Positions 9,438-17,072 of a DNA stretch of 33,382 nucleotides are shown here, piece after piece. Made by a program: the position numbers and the translations under genes. The DNA is taken from assembly GCA_020348445.1 (NCBI GenBank), contig CP070751.1, positions 3,282,700 to 3,316,081 of the forward strand, in the 5' to 3' direction. Every line of letters begins with the position of its first letter. Position 1 is the first letter of the stretch. The stretch comes from Thermoplasmata archaeon. Lineage in GTDB: Archaea; Thermoplasmatota; Thermoplasmata; GCA-020350865. The notes beneath the pieces are model-generated. The model was not told where the DNA came from and made no database searches. It was given only the letters and a program-made list of their open reading frames with translations.

Positions 9438-10688
9438 ATGGAAGAATCTGTCTTCCAGAACTATTTAAAGTCAGATACTCTGTTTAAAAAAAACAGGGAT
9501 ATTCTCAGACCTTCTTATATTCCAGAGAACCTTCCTCACAGGGATTATCAGATCGATCAATTGGCCTCGATATTGGCCACGGCATTGAGGGGGGATAGAC
9601 CATCGAACGTCTTGGTCTTTGGAAAGACAGGAACAGGAAAAACAGCAGTGGTGAAGTTCCTGGGAAAGGAAATCAAAAAGTCCAGCGATGAGATGGGCAC
9701 AATCGATTACATTTACCTCAACTGCGAAGTCGTGGATACGCAGTACGGTGTTTTGGCAAATATAGGAAACAGGTTCATTTCAGATTGGGAAGAGCAAATC
9801 CCTTTTACAGGATGGCCCACAGAAAAGGTCTACAACATGCTCAAGGAGAAGATGGACAGCAAGATGCGGGTCGCTGTTATAATCCTTGACGAGATAGATA
9901 AACTGGTTTACAAAAGTGGGGATGACGTTCTTTATCACCTCTCTAAGATAAACGACGATCTTACCCAGGCAAAGGTGAGCATCATAGGAATTTCCAATGA
10001 ACTCAAGTTCACCGAATTTCTAGACCCTAGAATTAAAAGCAGACTCGGGGAGGAGAAGATGGTTTTCCCGCCCTATAATGCAGAACAACTGAGGGACATA
10101 CTGATGCAGAGAGCCGAGCTGGCGTTCAGGGAAGGCGTTGTGGAGCCCTCGGTAATTTCACTTTGCGCAGCACTTGCGGCCCAAGAGCATGGTGATGCAA
10201 GAAGGGCCTTGGAACTTCTTAGGGTGGCAGGGGAATTGGCTGAGAGAAACCACGAGGATAAGGTAACTGAGACTTATGTATACAAGGCCAAGAATAAAAT
10301 AGAGCTGGACTGCGTGGCTGAAGTGATCAGAACCCTTCCTACGCAATCGAAATTACTACTTTTTGGAATGATACTAAATGAGGAAGGCGGAAGAGAGAAA
10401 CTGAACACAGGCGATGTCTTCAGCACCTACAAGGAACTATGCAAAAAGACTGGTGTGAGTGTTTTAACCCAGAGAAGAATCACAGACCTCATTTCGGAAT
10501 TGGACATGCTGGGAATAATTCATGCCAGGGTGATTTCCAAGGGAAGATACGGGAGGACTAGGGAGATTACGCTTTCAGTCCCGATTATGGAGGCAAAAAA
10601 GGTTCTTGAAGAGGATGACATAATCAAGGAGTTGTACGGCCAGAAGATCAAGATTCAGGCCACATTGGATTACATGCCAAGAACCTGA
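9438..10688 (+). CDS. cdc6: ORC1/Cdc6 replication initiator
   Basis: LPHR...I, Walker A GKTGTGKT, Walker B IILDEID, HGDARRAL, winged-helix SKGRYGRT. ATG 9438 follows ggagg. Confidence 0.97.
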   Translation: MEESVFQNYLKSDTLFKKNRDILRPSYIPENLPHRDYQIDQLASILATALRGDRPSNVLVFGKTGTGKTAVVKFLGKEIKKSSDEMGTIDYIYLNCEVVDTQYGVLANIGNRFISDWEEQIPFTGWPTEKVYNMLKEKMDSKMRVAVIILDEIDKLVYKSGDDVLYHLSKINDDLTQAKVSIIGISNELKFTEFLDPRIKSRLGEEKMVFPPYNAEQLRDILMQRAELAFREGVVEPSVISLCAALAAQEHGDARRALELLRVAGELAERNHEDKVTETYVYKAKNKIELDCVAEVIRTLPTQSKLLLFGMILNEEGGREKLNTGDVFSTYKELCKKTGVSVLTQRRITDLISELDMLGIIHARVISKGRYGRTREITLSVPIMEAKKVLEEDDIIKELYGQKIKIQATLDYMPRT

Positions 10689-10703
10689 ATCCTAAGATTA
10701 CGA

Positions 10704-10808
10704 TTACGCATGTGGTTCTTCTTCTTTTAAAACACCAGGAAGTGACAGGTCCTCTTTTATTAAACACCCTAGAAGTTTTCGCTCTTCTTCAAAGTCATCA
10801 CGAGACAA
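10704..10808 (-). CDS. possible 34-aa small ORF (LSRDDFEEERKLLGCLIKEDLSLPGVLKEEEPHA), in frame with the upstream signal peptidase
   Basis: TTG start preceded by aaaagga; purine-rich, coding-like composition; fills the cdc6/sec11 gap. No homology evidence. Confidence 0.25.
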   Translation of the reverse strand: MSRDDFEEERKLLGCLIKEDLSLPGVLKEEEPHA

Positions 10809-10826
10809 TGATCCTTTTGTCTCTAC

Positions 10827-12131
10827 CTAATCCTCAGGAGGCGGTAGCTCTTCTTCCCAGTCATCAGGAGGTGGTAGCTCTTCTTCCCAGTCATCCGGGG
10901 GAGGTGGCTTTTCCTCTTCTTCTTTAATTTCTTCTTTGGGCTCTACTTTCTCTTCAGCTTCTTCCTCCTCACCAATATCCTCCTCGATTTCTTCTTCCTC
11001 CTCGAGCTTTTCTTCTTCGGGTTCCTCCTCTATTTTTTCCTCTTCCTCCCCTCTCATCTCCCTTCTTTTCTCGATAATAATCAGTATAATATCAATGGAA
11101 ATAGGAACTGCAAAAATCAGAATTAGTGTTATCCATAGCAAGGTCCAGCTGTTTTCGGGTGCGCGTTCGGTAATGGTTTCGTCCTGGAAGTACAACTTTA
11201 TAAGGCCAAACCACGGCAGTTCTCCCCTTGCCTTGCCAACGATCCATTCTGGGATAATTGGCTCAACTACCTTGCCGTGCCCATCATTGAGCATGTTCTG
11301 ATCGTAGTTGGCACCGTTGTGGTCTCCTAAGGTGATGAATCCGCTGTGGGGTTGAACGTCCGGTTTGGCGTAGTTATCATAAATGCGATCGAGGTCGATA
11401 CTCACGTCTATATGATCATAACCTATGTCCCTCAAAACAAGTGTCTCTCTTTGGAGGTTGTACCACCTGTTCTCACCACCCACAATGTACCATTCACCTT
11501 CTTCACCTGGTTCATGATTCTTTAACTCTGGAAAATCGAAGCTATTGTAGGTTTCATTGTAATCAAGCCATATAAGGGTCCGGTGGATAACGGGCGTGAT
11601 ATCTTTCCAACCGTTCTTCCTATAAATTAGGACATCACCGTACTCACCATATGTCTCATGTCCAATCCTCTTCCCTTTCATGTAGGAGATTACATCGTTT
11701 TCGTCCTCTATGCTTTTCACAAGCACCAAATCCCCTGTATCGATTACACCTAGGAAGCTCTCATCATCGCTATGCTGCATGCTGTCAGATTCAACTACGA
11801 CAACGGGAGGCCAGTTACCTGTATATAGGTAAATACTACCAATTATGATGATAACTATAATAAATGCTATAACAACATCTTTTGCTATATCTATGGCTGC
11901 TGAGCGAAGCGGTTTCTCTTCTTCCTCATCTTCTTTTTCATCCTCTTCCTTTTCGAAATCCTCCTCAGCTTCTTCACCTTCCCCTATATCCTCATCGTCG
12001 AGGTCTTCCTCATCCCCTATATCATCTTCTGATAATTCATCAAGGTCCTTTTCTTTTTCAATATCATCAGAGAGCTCTTCTTCTGGTTTTTGAGCCTCTT
12101 CTTCAGAATCCTCGATTTTTTTCTCTACCAA
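10827..12131 (-). CDS. sec11: signal peptidase I (S26, archaeal/ER Sec11 type) with long acidic N- and C-terminal extensions
   Basis: VVVVESDSMQH (catalytic Ser), IDTGDLVLV, PVIHR (catalytic His), ITLGDHN, WIVGKARGELPWFG; two TM helices; TTG start with ggggag RBS. Confidence 0.92.
   Translation of the reverse strand: MVEKKIEDSEEEAQKPEEELSDDIEKEKDLDELSEDDIGDEEDLDDEDIGEGEEAEEDFEKEEDEKEDEEEEKPLRSAAIDIAKDVVIAFIIVIIIIGSIYLYTGNWPPVVVVESDSMQHSDDESFLGVIDTGDLVLVKSIEDENDVISYMKGKRIGHETYGEYGDVLIYRKNGWKDITPVIHRTLIWLDYNETYNSFDFPELKNHEPGEEGEWYIVGGENRWYNLQRETLVLRDIGYDHIDVSIDLDRIYDNYAKPDVQPHSGFITLGDHNGANYDQNMLNDGHGKVVEPIIPEWIVGKARGELPWFGLIKLYFQDETITERAPENSWTLLWITLILIFAVPISIDIILIIIEKRREMRGEEEEKIEEEPEEEKLEEEEEIEEDIGEEEEAEEKVEPKEEIKEEEEKPPPPDDWEEELPPPDDWEEELPPPED
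10834..10893 (-). repeat. 30-nt tandem repeat (2 copies plus a partial) encoding PPPDDWEEEL
   Basis: tcaggagg(c/t)ggtagctcttcttcccagtca at 10834-10863 and 10864-10893, one mismatch. Confidence 0.9.
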
Positions 12132-12345
12132 TTATTCTCCCCCATCTTTTTACATCACTGATAACATGGAATCACATTGGAATGGTGAATTACGGTATTG
12201 GTATTAAAGGTTAGGGTTTTATTATGCTATTTGGATTGCTCCTCGCATTTCAAAGATAATATAATAAATTCATATGGATTTTGTAATTCTTAGTACATTA
12301 AAGAAAGTTTTATTCCCCAAAGTTATTCATCTTTTGGGGCTTAAC

Positions 12346-12936
12346 ATGCCATGTCAAGTTTGCGGAAATAAATCGGGTTTTTATCCACTATGTAATGAAT
12401 GCTTCGACCTGCGAGATAAAGGGGATGTAGCAAAATGTAACAACTGCGGTATCTGGTTTAAAAAGGAGAAAAGCGAACACACTTTCTGTTACGACTGTTG
12501 GTTGAAGGGGCAGATAACACAAAAAGCTATATCCGCCAAAGGCCCCCCTGGGAAATATCCAATGGCTCAAAAAGAGTTTAGAGAACGATTTCCCACCCTT
12601 ATCGTGACTGAAGACGGTCATAGGGTCAGATCAAGAGGAGAACTCATAATAGACAATTGGCTTTATCACCAAAGTATTGTTCACGCCTATGAACGCAGGG
12701 TACCAATAGAGGAAGAACTGTACTGCGATTTTTTTATCCCCATGGGACAATGTTACATAGAATACTGGGGATTGGAGGAGGACGCTTACAAAGAACGAAA
12801 GAAGGTCAAAAAAGACCTTTATAGTCGTCATTCAAAAAAGCTCATCGAACTTTACGATAAGGATATCAATAAAATCGATGATGTTATGCCAAAAAAGCTT
12901 TTAAAATTCATACCCCGACATTTTTCATTTGAGTAG
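12346..12936 (+). CDS. Cys-rich zinc-finger protein with a PD-(D/E)XK-like nuclease domain
   Basis: Four CxxC pairs at the N-terminus; TEDGHRVRS.GE..IDNWL...YE...CDFFIP...YIEYWG resembles endonuclease-like domains. Start moved to ATG 12346. Confidence 0.7.
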   Translation: MPCQVCGNKSGFYPLCNECFDLRDKGDVAKCNNCGIWFKKEKSEHTFCYDCWLKGQITQKAISAKGPPGKYPMAQKEFRERFPTLIVTEDGHRVRSRGELIIDNWLYHQSIVHAYERRVPIEEELYCDFFIPMGQCYIEYWGLEEDAYKERKKVKKDLYSRHSKKLIELYDKDINKIDDVMPKKLLKFIPRHFSFE

Positions 12937-12998
12937 TAACAATTTTATCCTATAATAAAGGCTAAAGTAGACATCTCCTTGGGAAGATATACCTGATC

Positions 12999-13370
12999 TT
13001 AAGTGCCCCCCGAAGCCTCCCTTCCCGCAGATATGGCGGCAGAAAGTTCCTTTTGGAGGGTCTGATATTTCTCCATTATCTGTTTTTCCTGTCTGTCCAA
13101 TGCCTTTATACGGATATCGATGGTTTCTTTCTTTTCTGTGAGTTCTTTTAAGACACTATCCTTGTCCTCTGCGCGAACAAGGAGACTTCCGACATTTTTA
13201 TAGATGGGCGAATCGTCCGATATCTTATCCAGCTCTGTAATCGCTCTCTCAGTATCCCGAAGCTGCGCCTCCAGCTGAAACTTCTGAGAGGATATCACCT
13301 GAACCTGCTGCTGCATATGCTGAAACTGTGCAAGTTTATTCTGCAATTGCGGAGATATTTCTTCAGCCAT
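12999..13370 (-). CDS. pfdB: prefoldin subunit beta
   Basis: PQLQNKLAQFQHMQQQ, IYKNVGSLLV hairpin, coiled-coil termini; adjacent to pcc1. Confidence 0.95.
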   Translation of the reverse strand: MAEEISPQLQNKLAQFQHMQQQVQVISSQKFQLEAQLRDTERAITELDKISDDSPIYKNVGSLLVRAEDKDSVLKELTEKKETIDIRIKALDRQEKQIMEKYQTLQKELSAAISAGREASGGT

Positions 13371-13451
13371 ACTATCACATCATGTTGATACTTTGCCTCT
13401 TTTTACCTATTGTGGTGGATTTTCCCCAGATCATACCCTTAAAAAGAGCTC

Positions 13452-13691
13452 CTAACCATGGGTTTCTTCGTATGTGTTCATTGAGACCTTAATCCATCTC
13501 AGATACGAGTTTATCGCTGCCCGAAGGGCACTTGTATCCTGGGCTTGAATCTCAAGTTGTATGCCATCGTTTACCTCTTTTATATTCACCTGGGTTCTTG
13601 GTATCTTCCTGTCCGTTTCAGGAAGCAGGGAAGATGCCACTACGGAAGCGATTCTACCGTTTTCTGAAAGGATTATTGTGGCCTTTTTCAC
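13452..13691 (-). CDS. pcc1: KEOPS complex subunit Pcc1
   Basis: LLPET, RTQV, IQAQDTSALRAAINSYLRWIKV signature; likely GTG start at 13691. Confidence 0.88.
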   Translation of the reverse strand: MKKATIILSENGRIASVVASSLLPETDRKIPRTQVNIKEVNDGIQLEIQAQDTSALRAAINSYLRWIKVSMNTYEETHG

Positions 13692-13914
13692 ATGACCGAA
13701 AGGGGATTTGGTTATTAAAAGATTGTTACAAGATAAACAGCTAAAAAGGCCCAAATCGGCATGTTTTTTATAGGTTTTTCATTTTTTTAGGCAATATCTC
13801 CAATATTTTTAATAATGTTTCCATAAAGTAGAAAATATTTTATCAAAACATGAATTTCAATGAAAAGATTTAAATTATAGTAAACCTATATCCTGATTTA
13901 AGAGGTGCATTATA

Positions 13915-14364
13915 ATGAAGAGCATCGATGATTTGGACCAAAAGATCCTAAGAATGTTGTTAAAAGATGCATCTGTCAATTACGAAACAATAGCAAACGA
14001 GGTGGGCACATCCTTGGGCACGGTCCACAACAGGATCAAGCGCATGAAAGAGGAGAAGATCATCGCCAGGATAATTCCAGAGCTTGATGCAAAGAATCTC
14101 GGATTCGACATCTGCGCTTTAATCGATGTCAGGATAAAAGGAGGCCATTTGGAAGAACTTCAAAAGAAGTTCCTTAATTACGACAATGTCTGCTCCATCT
14201 ATGACATCACAGGGGAGTACGATACCACATTCGTTGCTAAATTCAAAACCACAGAAGACCTCAACAAATTTGTAAAAGAGCTTGCAGGTCAAAAGTATGT
14301 TCTTAGGACCTCCACAAAATTGGTGCTTAACGTGATTAAAGAAGGATTCGTTCCCAAGATATGA
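13915..14364 (+). CDS. Lrp/AsnC-family transcriptional regulator
   Basis: IDDLDQKILRML..DAS...IANEVGTS.GTVHNRIKRM HTH; C-terminal YDITGEYD RAM domain; RBS gaggtg. Confidence 0.95.
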   Translation: MKSIDDLDQKILRMLLKDASVNYETIANEVGTSLGTVHNRIKRMKEEKIIARIIPELDAKNLGFDICALIDVRIKGGHLEELQKKFLNYDNVCSIYDITGEYDTTFVAKFKTTEDLNKFVKELAGQKYVLRTSTKLVLNVIKEGFVPKI

Positions 14365-14408
14365 TGTCACCTCCTTAAATACCCTATCTGATAATAAAGG
14401 GGGATTTC

Positions 14409-15782
14409 ATGAAGAAAAAAGATACTAGGAAATATTCATTGTTTGCAGGTTGTTTGATTCCAAGCAAATTTCCATTCATAGAAAAGGCCTCACGATCTGT
14501 CCTTCAGAATCTTGGACTGGAATTGGATGATATAGAGGAGGCAAGCTGCTGCCCAAATCAGATGGCAATAAAGAGTTCAGATGAGGCGCTATGGTTTGCT
14601 TTAGCCGCAAGAAATCTATGTCTAGCCGAAAGGAAAGGACATGACATACTGACACTGTGCAATGGATGTTACGATACACTAAAAACCGTGAACTCCAGGC
14701 TGAAGTCCGACGATAAATTCAGGGAAAAAATCAACAAAATGCTGGCAGGATTCGGTCTTGAATTTGCAGGGTCTATCGATGTAAAGCATATCGTACAGGT
14801 TCTACATGATGATGTAGGCCCAAACGCAATCGAAAAAAAGGTGATATTTCCGTTAAAAGGGATAAAATGCGCTTCCTTTATGGGGTGCCACGTAAGAAGA
14901 CCCATGGACCATATGGGCTTTGACGATCCAAATGAACCAGCATACCTGGATGATCTGATAAGGGTGATGGGCGGAGAGACATTAAAATATTCTGAGAAAA
15001 ATTCCTGCTGTGCAGGAGGTCTTTCAATTGGAAGAAAGGATGACGTGGTTCCCGCGGCAAGAAGGGTGCTTCACTCTGCAAGGGAGGAAGGAGCCTTAGC
15101 AATTGTCGTTTCCTGTCCCTTCTGTTTTGCCCAGTTCTTTAGAAGTGAAAAAGAGATTCAAGATATCTATTCTGAGAATATCAGATTCCCTGTGTTCTAT
15201 CTAACAGAGTTATTAGGCCTGACATTTGGGATATCCCCAGGAGAACTGGGTTTACCCATGCACATCGAGATGAGTACAGGTGGAGAAAAGGAATTTATCA
15301 ACACATTACTTGGAGAAGGAGTAGATGAATCGTTTTTCTCTGATAAAGTGACAAAGGAACAGTTGGTTCTGTGCGCAAAATGTAAAGCCTGCGTCGACGA
15401 CTGCCCAACTGCGATGACGACATCTGATTACAAACCCGAAGAGATACTAAAACTTGTTATTGAGGGTAGGGCAGACGAAGCTTGCACAAGAGAGGACATA
15501 TGGTTCTGCATGAACTGCCATGAATGCTCCCAGGAGTGTCCCCAGGGTTTTGGCATGGTGAAGTTGATAATTAAGTTGAAGAACCTGGCGGCAGCGAAAG
15601 GAATCTACCCAGAAGCTGTGGGCCACCGGATATCGGAGCTTCACGAATCAGGTTATTCCTTCAAGATGGATGAAAAAATAAGGGAAGAGATGGAGCTTCC
15701 CAAGATAAACTTGCCAGATGTGGCAAAACTTAGAAAACTCATGGAAGAGGTAGAAGAAGATTCAGAAAAAGGAGGCAAGTGA
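14409..15782 (+). CDS. hdrB-hdrC: fused heterodisulfide-reductase-like protein: HdrB (two CCG domains) + HdrC (2x[4Fe-4S])
   Basis: CCG1: GC...SCCP...LCNGC; CCG2: GCH...SCCAG...SCPFC; then CAKCKACVDDCP and WFCMNCHECSQECP, all in one frame. Confidence 0.9.
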   Translation: MKKKDTRKYSLFAGCLIPSKFPFIEKASRSVLQNLGLELDDIEEASCCPNQMAIKSSDEALWFALAARNLCLAERKGHDILTLCNGCYDTLKTVNSRLKSDDKFREKINKMLAGFGLEFAGSIDVKHIVQVLHDDVGPNAIEKKVIFPLKGIKCASFMGCHVRRPMDHMGFDDPNEPAYLDDLIRVMGGETLKYSEKNSCCAGGLSIGRKDDVVPAARRVLHSAREEGALAIVVSCPFCFAQFFRSEKEIQDIYSENIRFPVFYLTELLGLTFGISPGELGLPMHIEMSTGGEKEFINTLLGEGVDESFFSDKVTKEQLVLCAKCKACVDDCPTAMTTSDYKPEEILKLVIEGRADEACTREDIWFCMNCHECSQECPQGFGMVKLIIKLKNLAAAKGIYPEAVGHRISELHESGYSFKMDEKIREEMELPKINLPDVAKLRKLMEEVEEDSEKGGK

Positions 15783-15783
15783 C

Positions 15784-17070
15784 ATGGATTTGGATGAGAT
15801 AAGGGACCCTAAATCACGCTTAAGTCATTCTGAATTTGGTAGACTTGGTAGAATTGGATCAATGGGCGAGGTCAATGGAAAGTGGGGGAAAATTGGCGTT
15901 ACTCTACCTCCCAATGGATTTACCAAGGACATAGAAGCCTGCGGTATAGCAGGCCTGATCAATACAAATGGCAAGACAGAGAACGGAAAAAGGGTAATTG
16001 ACATGATAACCACCATGACGGACAGGGAAAACGGTCTTGGTGCAGGATATGCATGCTACGGATTATTTCCTGATTTGGCAGACTCGTTCTGTATACAACT
16101 TCTTTTGGATGATGAAGAGGCAAAGGAAAACGTAGAGGAATTTTTCAAAAGAAAGGCAAATATCGTTAAGGACGAAGAGGTCTTTAAAAAACCAGTTCGG
16201 GGTATGAAAGGCCCGTATCCTCTTATCTGGCGCTTCTTCTTGGATGTACCAGAGGAGGTCATTTCTGCAAGCCCGCATATTGAATCAGAGGACGATTACA
16301 TTGTTGATTGTGTCATGAATATCAACGAGAAAATCAATGGGGCGTTCTGCATGTCCTCGGGAAAGAACATGGCCGTTTTCAAGGGAAACGGCTGGAGCCA
16401 CGAGATAGCAGAATTCTATGACCTGGCAGAAAGGTACAACGGTTACATGTGGCTTGCCCATTCTAGATTCCCAACAAACACACCTGGGTGGTGGGGCGGG
16501 GCACACCCCTTCAACATCCTTGACTGGTCCTTGTGCCACAATGGGGAGATCACATCCTACGGGACAAATAAAAGATATGTTGAGATGTGGGGCTACAAGT
16601 GCACTTTGCTTACAGACTCCGAGGTTGTAACGTACTTGTGGGATTTACTCTGTAGAAGGCACGGCCTTCCAAAGCTCATTGCAACAATGGCCTTGGCACC
16701 AAGGTACTTCGACGATATCGCATTGCTACCCGAGGATCAGAAGAAGATCGCAACAGAACTTAGGATGACATACGGAAGAGCCATGGTGAATGGACCCTTT
16801 TCAATCCTTGTTGGGACCAACAGGCCCAATCCCTCAATGATAGCCCTCACAGACAGAAAGAAATTAAGGCCCATGATAGCTGCAATATCAGAGGATGAAA
16901 ACACAGTTTATGCATCAAGTGAGGAATGTGCAATAAGACGCGTTGGGGACGCAAAAGAGGTATGGGCTCCTGTTACTGGAAATCCTGTTATCGCGCAGCT
17001 CTACAGGGGCCTTGTCTGGCGGGGCACAGAGAAGCAGTTTGAAGGTAAGAAAATCAAATTGGAGGTGTGA
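15784..17070 (+). CDS. gltB1: glutamate synthase, class II glutamine amidotransferase subunit (archaeal GltB domain 1)
   Basis: KDIEACGIAG (Ntn Cys), DRENGLGAGYA, AHSRFPTNTPGWWGGAHPF, HNGEITSYG, TDSEV, DRKKLRP. Confidence 0.92.
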   Translation: MDLDEIRDPKSRLSHSEFGRLGRIGSMGEVNGKWGKIGVTLPPNGFTKDIEACGIAGLINTNGKTENGKRVIDMITTMTDRENGLGAGYACYGLFPDLADSFCIQLLLDDEEAKENVEEFFKRKANIVKDEEVFKKPVRGMKGPYPLIWRFFLDVPEEVISASPHIESEDDYIVDCVMNINEKINGAFCMSSGKNMAVFKGNGWSHEIAEFYDLAERYNGYMWLAHSRFPTNTPGWWGGAHPFNILDWSLCHNGEITSYGTNKRYVEMWGYKCTLLTDSEVVTYLWDLLCRRHGLPKLIATMALAPRYFDDIALLPEDQKKIATELRMTYGRAMVNGPFSILVGTNRPNPSMIALTDRKKLRPMIAAISEDENTVYASSEECAIRRVGDAKEVWAPVTGNPVIAQLYRGLVWRGTEKQFEGKKIKLEV

Positions 17071-17072
17071 GC

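Noticed and set aside
13755-13914. AT-rich palindromes (aaaatatttt, tgaatttca) as Lrp boxes or a replication origin
   Set aside because: Short palindromes are expected in such AT-rich DNA; the match to the Lrp consensus is poor and there are no ORB repeats.
14409-15782. HdrBC as evidence of methanogenesis
   Set aside because: Hdr-like proteins are widespread in non-methanogens, and no mcr, mtr or methyltransferase genes are in the window.
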